The notes beneath the pieces were generated by a model. The model saw nothing but the letters and a program-made list of their open reading frames with translations. It was not told the origin of the DNA and did no database searches. The translations under genes and the position numbers were made by a program. A stretch of 64,000 bases of DNA, taken from assembly GCA_030390025.1 (NCBI GenBank), contig CM059448.1, positions 22,692,001-22,756,000 on the forward strand. The letters run 5' to 3'. Positions 1 to 12,238 of this stretch are shown here, piece by piece (within the stretch, counting starts at the first letter, position 1; the number at the start of each line of letters is the position of its first letter). The DNA comes from Squalus acanthias. Its lineage: Eukaryota.

Positions 1-510
1 TTATGGTCATTATCTGAACCAGGGACTGACACTTGGTAACACCACCTTTGGAGAGAAAATTGAGGAGGAATAAAAAGGCTGATTTGCACTGCAATTGTTA
101 AGCAGATTGATCAGCTTTGAGAGCTGCTGATTTAGTCAGAGACTGCGAAAGTCTATGGCTTTAGCCATCCTGCAAAATGATGGGAGCAAGTGGTCACATC
201 AGCAGCCTACACAGAACTTCCATTACAGTCAATCCATTTAATTGTATATTCTAAAAAAAAGATTTGTAGATCACCAAAACTGTTTCAATATAATATATTC
301 ATAACAGAACACAAGGAGGAGAAAAAGATTTCTACCAGACAAGTCCATGATAGTGGAATAACATTTTATCAAATGTTCAGACATTGTGGGAAAGCTCATA
401 ATACCAAAAAGTTTGATAAGTGTTTTGCATAAATTTTTGAAATATTTCCTTTAAAAAAGAGCTGCGTCCATGTTTTCTTTGTTCTACAACTAGCAAACTT
501 TTTAAACTTA

Positions 511-1769
511 CAACAGAACCTCAGTCTCAATTATCCACCATAATGAACATTCCTTACGTCTTCCCCACCCACAGCAGATATTGAAAACTGTTGGATAATT
601 GAGACCATGTCTAATGTTGCATTCTATACACTGACACTAATGGGCCGAAAATTGATCCCGGGACGCGAGAGTACGCACTGCGTACTCTCGCGTATTCCCA
701 CTCCAATTGCCGGTTTTCTGCATGCCCTGAAAACCGGCAATTGCTCTTCTGAAAAGGGGGCGGGTCCTCGGTGCATCGCGTGCGCGCTACAGGCTGCGCG
801 CACGCTGTGCACTTCATGCTTTGGACGCGCAGGTAAGTAGGGAAGATTTTGGAAATGTAAAAAGGAGTAAGACCCGCTTTTAAGAAGGTAAGTAGTGAAT
901 TAAGTATTTTTTTGAATTTTTTTTTACAGGTATATCTTTTTTAGAGACTTTAAAGACAGGTAAGTTTATTTTTATAACTTTTTAAAAGATTTTAAATTTT
1001 TTCAAAAATTTAATTTTTTATTTAAAATGGTTAATTTAATTAACTATACTTATTTTATTAATGTGATGGTTTTTTTTTTAAATTTAATTGAGGTTTAGCT
1101 GTTATTTTGGGGGGGGTAAGATTCATAGATTTCACTGGGTGCTGTGAAACTTATGAATGGAAGATGGTGTGCTGCCATTGGCTCTAACTGAGTCACGTGA
1201 TCCCACAGCTCGCACGAATTCACTACGCCGCTGGGATACGCAAGCACTGCCCAGCTGATCTCTAGAACATGAAGTTCGTGCGAGCTGGATCTGAAAAAGC
1301 ACAAGCGAGGTGAGAGATCGCGGGAAAGCCTTACCCCCGCGGGAACAGAGCGAGATCAATTTCTGGGCCATTATGTTTAAACATGCAGACTCCACTCATT
1401 TTAAAGTCAGCAGTTTTGCTGTGGAAGCTGCTGATCAAATCGCTGAAGGTAAGCAACACTTTTCACATTCACATCTATAGCTGGAGGAGCTGTGGCTGGC
1501 AATAGACGAGCCCTGCTGGCCAGCTCTCGGTCTCTTGGCAGGTCCAGCGGCAGGAATTATGTGCAGGTTCTGTGGGTGAGTACTGAGCCAATAGATCACC
1601 ACATTAATCGGCTGGTTCAGTGCCAGGTAATCATCAGGAGCAGAGGAGAAGTGAAGAAAAAAAAAGTACCGACAGCCCCAACTCCGACTGGTCTTTCATT
1701 ATCTGTGAACATTCTAGTGAATAATAGAGACTATGGATAACAGGACCATGGAAAACTGAGATTCTACTG
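511..1769. mobile_element. Old Tigger/pogo-like MITE interrupted by the 642-1369 element
   Basis: TA-CAACAGAACCTCAGT at 509-525 versus ACTGAGATTCTACTG at 1755-1769 (12/15 inverted match). Confidence 0.45.
642..1369. mobile_element. Non-autonomous TIR DNA element (possibly PIF/Harbinger-type) with GC-rich arms and an AT-rich core
   Basis: Imperfect TIRs GGGCCGAAAATTGATCCCG / CGAGATCAATTTCTGGGCC flanked by TAAT/ATTA; relative at 49748-50417. Confidence 0.7.
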
Positions 1770-2633
1770 TCTGTGTCCTTCCCAGTGTTACTCTCTCAGA
1801 AACACATTAATTAGGCAGAAAGTTCTCTTGCTTATTTCTCGTGGTTAAGTTCAAGTTCTTCCATCAGTCTTGATGGCAAGGCTGCACGGTTTTCATTAAC
1901 AGATCAGTGGATGGGTAATAAATGAATAAACAGTACCAGCCCTTTCCATCAGATGCTAGATGTAGTCCCTTCATAAAGCTAAACTGGTTAATTCCAACAT
2001 CGCCTTTAGTACATCCGAACCACTGCTTTCAAGGTTCTCCGCTTGGTCTTGGTGCTTCTACACAAGAGTGGAGAGAAATCTATGCCAATCTCACACCATC
2101 ACTAATTCTATTTGCAGGTTTGCCAATTCCTTATCTGGTCCACTATCATTTCTTCACAGTCTTGTTTCTAAGACTCTAATGTCTGGAATGCATTTCAAGT
2201 AAGCAATTTCTGTCATTAACCATCTTTTTTAATCTTGCCCCACACTCCAGGCACCACATTTCACTCATAAAATAAAACAGGTAGAATAAGAGTTTCATAT
2301 AATCGGAGTTCGGTTGCAAAGAGATACTGCTTTCTTTCCCTATACGGAAGTTGAATTACACTTTACAAGCAGTTACGCTGTCAGAGCAATTACTTGAAAA
2401 TTAATTTCAGATGAACAATGGAATATTATAAAGCTCTTTTTTGTTATGTGTACCCACACTGCTCATAAAAATGACTCTCTCCCCCTCCCCCCAGTGTAGG
2501 GATAAAATCTTTAATCCAAATAGTACGGTGCAGCCTCCCTTTAGGTCAGTTTGAGTAGGACACAGTGAACATCTTCATCACTACTACATGCTACTGGGGA
2601 AAACTATCACAGAATTAATAATTCAATCAACTA

Positions 2634-3000
2634 CAGGAAACTCTTTATTAACCGGCACCGACGGGACCGGCGTGGTGCCGGTTAATCAAAAAGTCCAGAT
2701 AATGGAGAGTTATATCTCCCAACGTACGAGAGCCCCGTACACACTGACTTACGCCTGCATTCGGAGCTCCGTCTCCCTGGGGACCGCCAGCTGACCATCT
2801 GTCGTGTCCGCTGCCTACCCGGGCTGCACATTCTCCTCCCAATCTACATGCTCCGATACAAGGCAAACGCCTCGGGGTTTTTTTTTTTAAAGTTATTTTT
2901 AAAGGAGAGATGAAGGAAAACCCCGGTTACCTACTCAAGAATTTTGCCGGTTAAGAGAGATTTCCGGTTATTTGGGTGCCGGTTAAAAGAGAGTTTCCTG
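2634..3000. mobile_element. Tc1/mariner-superfamily (Tigger-like) MITE, copy 1
   Basis: TIR CAGGAAACTCTTTATTAACCGGCACC / GGTGCCGGTTAAAAGAGAGTTTCCTG with TA duplication; near-identical copy at 30828-31191. Confidence 0.9.
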
Positions 3001-5379
3001 TATATGGAATGGCAGCCTTCAACGCCTTTAATCAGGGGCTTTTGCTTACATTTTTTGAATCATAAAAAGGGCCAATGTTAAATATCTTGTCAATTTACCC
3101 ACTGCATTCAACTCTTAAAGTGCGCTTACAGTCTAATGACTTGCCCCCTATACACTCACTGAAGTGTCTCTATCACCACTTTATCTTGCTTTATGCTTTA
3201 AAACTACGAGAAGCAGTTTATGAGCAGATGCATTGTTTCAGACTCTGATACAGTATCATGAAGCTCCTCTCCAATGACATCACGAATAAGAATAGTGGAT
3301 TGTCAGCATCACTATCTTACTCATGAGAACCCTACAACTAAAATTTCTGATTTTACACAAAATGCTTGCTCCCAAGCTGCCTTTTGCCAGCTTTTCTTAA
3401 GTATGAAAGAGTAAAAGGTGACTGATTTAGACAGTTGCCATACATTTCCCTTTATAACATTTAAGATTATGGGCAATTTAGAGCTACACATCTGCTTTAA
3501 GAGAACAAAAGATTGTACGAGGATTATATTTTCTACCTACGGTCAATTTATTCACTTCTGTTAACCTTCTTAATGTTGAATTTAAAGAATCAGATGGCCG
3601 AATATTTTAAGTATCAAGTACTTGACGTTTCACAGTTTAAATATTATGTTCTTATTATCTCGCTTCTCTTTAGCTCTGGATGCTCCATGCACTTTCCAGG
3701 CAGGACAGCTGGAAAATGACCTACTCCAGAACTCTCTATTGAACCTTCATCTGGAAGGTGTGTTCGAACAAGTCAGAATGGCTCATCTGGTGATTTTTCC
3801 TCCTTCCTTGTGGCGAAATGTCTAGTTTTTCATAGACACCAGCCTTTGACAGCACAGCTAAGATCAGGAATTTGATACCCAAAGAAATCAGGTGTGGGAG
3901 TCATTGTCCTAATAGACACCAGCATGCTGCACCTTCCTTCCTCCCCTCTACATCCTTTCTCTCAACAGTAATCTTTAGCAAAAGGGTGCAGGGCCCTTCT
4001 AGAGAGTCTAGATGACACATTTCATTCAGAAAAGATGGCATGGACATGCTCCACTGATATTCTGATGAGGGAAGGGAAATCCACACAAACTAAATCCACT
4101 AGCAGGTATTGATTACCATGATGTTGGTCACTGCAGGCACATTATAGTGAAAATAAATCCTTTAGCAACTGTACAGTGGAGCAGTTAGTCAATACAGAAT
4201 GCTTACACAAGGGAATTGCTGAAAAGTTTCCTTTTAAAAAATTAAATCCAGTTACCAGGTAATCAAAAAGAAGCAACTGCATGCACCCAACACAGCAACC
4301 ATCTCCAAGCCGCCAGTGGTAATGAAAACCATTTTGGCAGCTATTTTGCAGTCTAATTAGTGACTGTGAATTGAGATTCCATTCCGGTTTTTGTTTCGCT
4401 GTGTTGTTTGGTATGTACCAATGCATATTAATTGAACCAGCTATGTGTTTAAAGGGGTGTTACTGTATTAAAGGAGCATACTTTGGATATACTTGCCAAA
4501 TAGCTTTTGTGCTCATAAATGAGAGAGATGTCAGTACAAGCAAAAGAATATTTATCTGCCTCTGGCATTAACGGTCAACATCAAACACTCCCACATCAGG
4601 TACAGCGGCGACCAGATACAAGAAAGCCAAGGAAGCACTACCTATTGCATTGGGGTGAATTGCACTTCTCACACTAACCATAGTGGCCTCCCTGGGCAAG
4701 ATTGTCAAGTTAGTGCCAATTTGTGGCCAGTTTTGTAATTTGGGTCCCACACACACCCACCAGCGACTGGGTTCAAGAGCTGTCTTTGTAAACTTCAAAA
4801 AAAATTGTGGCTTATGCATTCTTATACAACTGCAGTCTAACTCGACCTCCCAGGAAACTTGTGGTCCAGTGACAGACCCGGCAGACTAACATATTAGTCA
4901 TTCTATCCCACATGGAGCGAGTGTGAGGTAGGCACTGCTCCCTAAGCAATCGATTTATTGAACAAGTATTAAAATATATTTTTAAAATGATATACTCCAA
5001 AGGGAAAGGTTATATTAAACCTTATGGTGGGTAGTCGAATCATTGCAAGTTCCCAAGCAGTTTTGTAAGAAGCAGTGTTTGAAACAGTATTTTCATAAAC
5101 TCCAGACAATTGACACTTTTCACATCTTTTGATCAGTTAAACTAACCAATTCAGTTGAACCAGACGGAAACCTATATTCTGCACAAATCATCCTGCTGTC
5201 TCGGTGCATATTTGTCAGATTCACTATTTGCTGTGCATTAAAACTGCAGCACTGGGCAATATTTAAATTTGGATCAGAAATTCTACACAGCGGGAGGGAA
5301 AGACATTGATTTGATGGGCTACAATTCTATACTTAAGTCACTTATGTGGAATTGATATAAAAATATGAACTTGGCATGT

Positions 5380-5745
5380 TTTCTCCCCGCTCTCCTGAAG
5401 GTGCTGACTCTATCTATCTGTGTTCAGACACCACAGGTGCTAGTTGCCCTCAAGTACCTCACACAAATGGACATTCTTCACATGCAAAACCAGACAGTAA
5501 ATGTTGGCGGGCTTTTTGATCAGACAGCATTACAAATTAGCCTAATGCTGTCTTCACCAGATGTCCACACACACTCTCCACCAGGAGTTACGGAACAGCA
5601 ATCAAAAACAGAAGCTCTGGGTGATTTTTCCCTCTTTAGTTTTGGTGCATAGAAACTAACTATAGCACCCCAACTGTAATCATCTAACTAGCACAGACTG
5701 GGAACCTGCTCGTCAGTGTGGTTTGATGGTGCATTGATAGCACTC
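5380..5745 (-). mobile_element. AmnSINE2-like ancient tRNA SINE (degenerate)
   Basis: CTCTCCTGAAGGTGCTGACTC...AAGTACCTCAC...ATTCTTCACATG...GTCCACACAC...TGATTTTTCCC matches the AmnSINE2 consensus as I recall it. Related copies at about 14395-14635, 18060-18275, 30545-30781, 37255-37465, 51110-51310 and 60330-60540. Confidence 0.6.
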
Positions 5746-5954
5746 TTCTTGACAAATACAGTGATCAATATTCAACTGTGAGATTACTTGAAAAGGACAC
5801 TATTGTGTTTAGTTTAACTTATTTCAAAATCCTGTCCAAAGGGGAAAACAACAATACCTCCACCCACTGCAGATTTCCTGCTCTGATAATTTGAACATTA
5901 TTTTATTTTTATTTTTTTAAATGTGTGCTCAAGGTCAGGGGTGTTTGTGCTGGG

Positions 5955-6308
5955 GCAAGGAACTCTTCCCATTTCAGGCTCCCAGCGTCAGTCAGGTTGA
6001 GCACAGCCAGATGAAGAAGAAAGGTCTCTCTACTCTGCCTCAAGGCCAGTGGAGTACTCCTTACTGCAGTCACCAGTGTGACTTATTTCACACACCAGCC
6101 ACTCTGCCAAATAGTGTTAGATACAGGCCAGCAGAAGACCCATGCTCACAAGCTACTAGACTGAGATTTCCCCAAACTCATTTCACATAGAACCTTACAG
6201 GCAGTGGACAGAGGAGACTCGCATTCCACCAAGTCTGGGCTGGATTTGAACCTAGGTCCCAGAGGTGAAAGGCCAGTGCCTGACCCAATGCACCACCCAG
6301 ATGTCCCC
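5955..6308 (-). mobile_element. tRNA-derived SINE with an LF-SINE-like head
   Basis: Minus strand reads GGGGAC...GCCTTTCACCTCTGGGACCTAGGTTCAAATCCAGCCCAG...CTATGTGAAATGAGTTTGG, resembling the LF-SINE consensus as I recall it. Confidence 0.6.
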
Positions 6309-6654
6309 TCTTTAGACATTTTGATTATAGAAAAGTATTAAAGGTTGAGAATCTGGAAGAAAGAATACAAAATTGCTCCCCCATTTCATCTAAAATATAT
6401 AAAAGTGCAATTCAGTAACAGTCTGGTGCTATTCTCATCATAGCTGATTCCTTATTTACTGTATCTAGTCACTGTAAAGGTACCTCTTTGATGAAAATGC
6501 ACGTGATGTACAACGTCACTATTGTTTGTATAAAGTTAAACAGCAGTTACATTGTGCATCAGTTCTTGATTTCCACAGCAATGCCAACTGTTGAACAGAA
6601 AAGCAACTTTTTGTAGGCTGCGAGGGAGAACAAGAGCAATGTCTTCTTCTCTCA

Positions 6655-7096
6655 GGGTGTCAGCCGTGGCTCAGTTGGCAACACCCTCGGCTCGGAGTCA
6701 GAAGGTCGTGGGTTCAAGACCTACTCCAGAGACTTGAGTGCATAATCTAGACTGACACTCCCAGTGCAGTACTGAGGGAGTGCTAGCTTTCAGATAAGGC
6801 GTTAAACCGACGCCCCATCTGCCCTCTCAGGTGGGCGTAAAAGATCCCATGGCACTATTTCGAAGAAGAGCAGGGGAAATGTCCCCAGTATAATGACCAA
6901 CATTTATCCCTCAACCAATATCACTACAAAAAACTGATTATCTGGTCATTATCACATTGCTGTTTGTGGGAGCTTGCTGTGCGCAAATTGCTACCGCGTT
7001 TCCTACATTAGTGACTACACTTCAAAAGTACCTCATTGGCTGTGAAGCTCTTTGGGACATCCTGATAGGTGCTATATAAATGCAAGTCTTTCTTTC
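6655..7096 (+). mobile_element. Full-length DeuSINE (SacSINE1-like) tRNA SINE
   Basis: A box TGGCTCAGTTGG (6667), B box GGTTCAAGACC (6711), Deu-domain-like AAAGATCCCATGGCACTATTTCGAAGAAGAGCAGGGG, L2-like tail GCTATATAAATGCAAGTCTTTC. Confidence 0.85.
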
Positions 7097-9706
7097 ACCT
7101 TTCTTCTCCCACCTACACAACGTTATGTCATAATGCACGCTGAAGAGTGGGCCTGGGGATCCATTCAATATCACACTATTGTGCATGACAACACACAGAA
7201 CTGACTCCAATTGTAGGTACAAGAGGCTAACAAAAGCACAAGATCCACAAAGATCCAAGTCTCCAATTCGGTCTGGAGCCTCTGAATTAAAGAGTGCCGT
7301 CAAGAACTTGAATGCCACGCACCTGCCCTTGAAGGCACGCTCTTGGTGGAACAATGCCTTATGGCTGCATTGCCACTGCAAATATAAGCCGATGCAAAGC
7401 AATTTCAGCTTCACAACAATGCTAAATTGACAGAGTAAATCCAGAGTCAGGGCCCGACCTGATTCCAGAGCAAAGAGGAGTGAAAGTCTGGACAGGGCTG
7501 TCTCAAACTGCTTGGTCTGACATGGCCTGGAATGCAAATCTGGTTTGCAAGGTGCTGGGGAAGGTCTGCTGGACCCTTGGACACTTTGTATGCCTACCTG
7601 AGGTTAATTTAGATGTTAAAGCGCAGTAATTTTTCCCTCCCTGCTAGTTAAATATTTAGATTTCTAACTTTCGGGAGAGCACTCTGCACAAGCATGTGTC
7701 CAGGCATGCTCACAGTTCTCTTCTAAACAGGACAGATAGAATTTCTAGTCAGGTAGGAGGCAAGCAGTGTAAACAGGGTCGTCTCTGGCTGGAACTCAAA
7801 CTATCCAAGACCAGAAGCTGCAGTGCAAGTAGGCTTTTTTTTTAATTTCTTGGTAATTTCAAATATTGTGTTCAACGTTCACTCTTCCAGAATTTAATTG
7901 TACCAGTGACTGAAGGAACTTTGCCTGGAGTTTGAGGAACAGAAAGCACCTTGGAAATGCATAGCTACAATAGAAAATCGTAGCTTGCAAATGTCACCTT
8001 TGGTCAAGGAGTATAAAGGAACACAAAGATGGACTTGGGGTCAGTCTGTCTGCAATCTCATTTAGAACATTTCAAAATTATAATTATCTTGAAAATTTGT
8101 AAAACGAGTATCACAGAAGCACTTTGGGAAATCAAAATCTTTGGCATGCAGCAAAGATAATTTGCCTCTGCCTCCATTTCGCCCTAAAATACATAAATCA
8201 ACTGAAGTTTGTTTTGTCAACCTGCATCCATGTGTTGCACTCCCAACTACACATACTGAACAGTTTGAAAAATTTATGTTCCTGGCAAAGGGCATGTCAA
8301 AATAAGGGAGAGATCATTAAGTTAAGTCCCCAGATGAATCAGTATGGCAGTAGAATCTTTAATGTAATACGTTATATGAATTGTTTAACAGTAAATAATT
8401 CAGCATTAGCTATCCTTTCAACTGGTTCCAACCAATAAACAAAGCATCCAGATTCACACAAAGGATGTGATTTAAACGTTCCCTGGGGTGGGGTGTCATT
8501 ATTAAATGTAAAGAAATAAATATAGTTAGAGCTGGTCTTCTTCCTCTCAGTTCAAGAAAATGAAATTCATTAAACGCACTAAGCAAAAGTATGTAGTAAC
8601 TTGCCATAATATAGGTTTACCAGAAATGTTTTGCATGGGGTTGCAATGTGCAAGCAGAAAACTTGCCGCAAGATGTTGTAAGTTGAAGAAGCACATGGAC
8701 AGTAACAGACGTGTACTCAACCTAAATGATGCCAACGTCATGCAGCCAGGTTCTGGCAGACTTGAGGTATGCCTTGGAAGAGGTGAGTGAGATAAGATTT
8801 TCAAATGCATGTTGCATCATGAATGTGTGCCCTGAGGTATGAGCATGCACAAGATTCAATAAAAGTGCTTAAGCTTGGGAGAGCTTGGCACAGGTAAGCA
8901 TCAAATATCGACCAGGTTGACACACAACCCTTTGCAACATTCCATCTTGGGCCTTTTACCCAATACTTGGTTCTATCAGGTAGTCTTTACCTTGCCAGAT
9001 TCCCTAAAATTGTAGTCTTCTGCACCTAATCCCAGGTCTTTCAGGTAGTGCACAGTGTTGAGCCTGGTCACCACCTGCTGCTAGGATTCTAAGAAAAGCA
9101 CACTGCTGTCATTGAGGTGGGTGCCCTGAAGTACTAAACAGGGCAATACTTCTTAGACCCACTTCATGCAGAAGTACACATACTTTGCTAGCCATAGGCG
9201 AGATCTGTACCACTCAAGTCACTTGCTCCACTTTGGGATTCCTTTTCACTTCATTTTTGCCGGGTGCTTCTTCCCCTTCCCTGTGCCCCCACCCCACCCC
9301 AAATAATGTTTAGAAACAGCAGCTTAATACAAACTTGCACCCCTCAAATGAAAGCTGAAATGCTCCCCAGTTATTACAAAAATCCACTACCTGATGTATA
9401 TAGGTAGAGATAAGGACACTGTTTCTTCTAAATTCCATCCAATATGAAAAGAGTGGAATATAAGCAATGGAGAATAATTTCAAGAATGCGCATTTGTGTA
9501 CACATGATGCTGACCTCTGTTCCTGGCTCCTGGTTGTGATTAGCAGGAACCCAGTAGGCAAAGAATAAAGCAGCAAATACAACAATCCCTGACCTCTAAA
9601 ATTGACAATTGTGGAAACTTGAATATCTTTACAATAGAAGATACTAGAAAGCTTTTTTTGAAAAAGGTAGTCTTGTTTTAGCTTCTATTGACACAATAGG
9701 AGACAT

Positions 9707-10160
9707 TTACATAGGATTACATAGGATATTCAGCACAGAAACAGGCCATTCGGCCCAACCAGTCCATGCCAGCGTTTATGCTCCACTCGAGCCACCTCCC
9801 GTCTTTCCTCATCTAACTATCAGCATAACCCTCTATTCCCTTCTCTCTCATATGCTTATCTAACCGCCCCTTAATTGCATCTATACTATTCACTTCAACC
9901 ACTCCCTGTGGTAGCAAGTTCCACATTCTTACCATTCTCTGGGTAAAGAAGTTTCTTCTGAATTCCCTATTTGATTTCTTGGTGACTATCTTATATTGAT
10001 GGCCTCTAGTTATGCTCTTCCCCACAAGTGGAAACATTCTCTCTGTATCCACTCTATCAAAACATTTCATAATTTTAAAAGCACTCTATTAGGTCACCCC
10101 CTCAGCCTTCTCTTTCAAGAGAAAAAAGAGACCTAGCCTGTTCATCCTTTCCTGATACCA
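9707..10160 (-). mobile_element. CR1 LINE 3' fragment
   Basis: Minus-strand peptide DRVDTERMFP...TRGH...RRNFFTQRMVRMWNLLP; 3' tail (ACATAGGATT)n. Confidence 0.9.
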
Positions 10161-11279
10161 GATATGCGAGGGTATACGTATCACCCTTGTAAATTTATTT
10201 AAGCAGTAATTCTGAAACACTGCAGTTATAAACAAGAAAGCTACCTGTGGCAGGACATTGCTTCTTCCCACAATTTGTAATGTAGCTGGGCAGAGATCTC
10301 AGCCTGGCTGTCAAGACGGGGGGGAAAATCAGGAGGCACTTCAACCTACACACAATGGGATACTTCAGAGGACCCAGCTATAGAGCAGTTTTGCCAGGGG
10401 ACTGGGAACAAGAACAAAATTACCTACTGAGATTTTGGAAATCAGACACTGGACAGGCTGAGGAAATCATTGACAAAAGCGCAGTAGAGCAAGTAAACAA
10501 AAAAACACTTAGTACAAAAGCAGAGGAGTGATCAATGCCCACTTCATGATACAACCCATGTGTCCTAATAAATCAATCGTAGACAACCAATTAAAAAGAA
10601 ATAAAAATACAACAGAAAGCATAGACAAATGTGCCGCAATTGCTGATTGGCATTTACAGCTTCGGGGTACGTTTTAATTGAACTGCACATTATTAATCAG
10701 ACCGCCACCAAATAGCCTAGAGCTTTCCATCGGTAAACTAAACTTTTCGAAGTACGGACTCAGAGGCTATACAAATTATTGGCAACCAGAATTACCACTA
10801 AATGCAATGAAATATATGTGTCATTTCTACAGTGTTCGCAGCAGGTCGAAACGTCCCAAAGCCTCACATCACACAACGAATTACTGTCAGGTGCAGGGAC
10901 CGTAATTCTGTGGGCAAAAGCCAAGTAAACTGATGGAAGTCCAGGTGCGGCCGAGATTTCAAGGTATTGGGGGGGGGGGGGGAGCGGGTTTAATGTGGAT
11001 CGAGGAGAGTGCGAAACCCAACAGGTTCGGCGATGGCAGTAACGGTACGAGGTAAAGAAAACCATTCCAGGCTTTTCGCTGCCACAAATCTACCAAAATC
11101 AGTAGCATGGGGGTTTTTTTTTCCTCCAGAAAAAATTGGATTGGTGATTCTCCCACCCTTGAAATTCGCGACAGATGCATTTCGTAACAATGTGGGAAAA
11201 TTCCCCTTGTCCCAAGTTCGCAGTTTTAATTCCATTCGCCATTTAAGGTGCTGCAGAAATAAACTGTTTTGCACCTGAG

Positions 11280-12010
11280 CGCACGGTTGCCACAGCGCCC
11301 AGAGTTCGGTGCCGGGCGCATGGTTTCAGTCAAGATGGTTGCAAGCTGATATTTGTCTCAGTCACAAATTAATTTATCTCTTCCAGCTCAACGCTGGCTG
11401 GGAGAGAAGGAGCGGCGAGACAGGCCGCTGTCTGAGGGACTCCGCCGGCTCCTCTCACTCACTCACTTTCACACTCTCTCACACACACTCTCTCTCTCTC
11501 TCTCTCTCCCTCCCTCTTACCTCGATTTTATCCACGTTCCGGGCACAGCCCACCACTTTCATGCCGTGCTGAACCAGCGCCCGGGCGATGGCCGCGCCGA
11601 TCCCCACCGAGGCTCCCGTTACCAGAGCCACTCGTCCCTTCCAGCGCTCCATGCCGCCGGGGCTCTTGCTCAGCTCCAGCTGTGTGCTTGCACTGAGGGA
11701 AAATGTGGGCGATAAATCACGGGACAAATATTCCGGCCTCTCTCTCTCTCTCTCTCGCCACCCGGTGAAGAACAACTTCCAGTCCCCGCAGAGTCCGCAC
11801 CACTTCGCCACGCCGCAGTGCGCGCTGGGATTTGGAGTCCGCTCCGCCCGGGCCGGCGGCGGGAATGCCGCGCCGGAGGACTACAACTCCCAGAGGGCAG
11901 CGCGAGCTTCCCCGGCGCATGCGCGCTTCTCACCATAAACGCATCAGCCCCCGCCCTCCTCTTCTGGAGAGCAGGTGCGAGGACGAATTGCGACAGGGGG
12001 CTATGGTCCC
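11280..12010 (-). promoter_or_regulatory. CpG island / promoter of DHRS11 with ZNF143(SBS)/THAP11-type and NRF1 motifs
   Basis: CpG-rich; ACTACAACTCCCAG at 11880-11893 and GCGCATGCGC at 11915-11924. Confidence 0.8.
11521..11652 (-). CDS. DHRS11: DHRS11 (short-chain dehydrogenase/reductase 11) first coding exon, MERWKGRVALVTGASVGIGAAIARALVQHGMKVVGCARNVDKIE
   Basis: SDR Rossmann motif TGxxxGIG; close match to the DHRS11 N-terminus; donor GAG|GTAAGA; synteny with GGNBP2. No later exons were found in 1-11520. Confidence 0.93.
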
Positions 12011-12238
12011 TATAGAGAGCTGCCAGCTGAACGTGTCATGCGTCGATTTCTACATCTCCACTTTATATGGTTAATGAAAAGAAAGTGTACAGTATTTTAT
12101 GTTTTTTTTGGTAAAGAGATGCACTTTCTTAAATAACTTAAAACACTGATCCCATTGCAAACTTACTGCATCGAGTGCCTGCAACAAATATCTAAAGTGG
12201 ATAGCGTGCCATGGTAGAGTTACATAAATTACATAAAT

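Noticed and set aside
2648-2866. Near-identical 72-aa ORFs here and at 30842-31060
   Set aside because: Explained by two copies of the same MITE; non-ATG starts.
6655-6730. tRNA-like A and B boxes
   Set aside because: This is the head of a SINE, not a tRNA gene: there is no complete cloverleaf and it continues into the Deu domain.
7022-7537. 171-aa minus-strand ORF
   Set aside because: No recognisable domain, its end overlaps a SINE tail, and it does not match the expected DHRS11 exon 2.
11653-11811. N-terminal extension of the DHRS11 ORF
   Set aside because: Non-ATG start and runs through a (GA)n repeat. The ATG at 11652 (GGCATGG) has a strong Kozak context and matches homologues.
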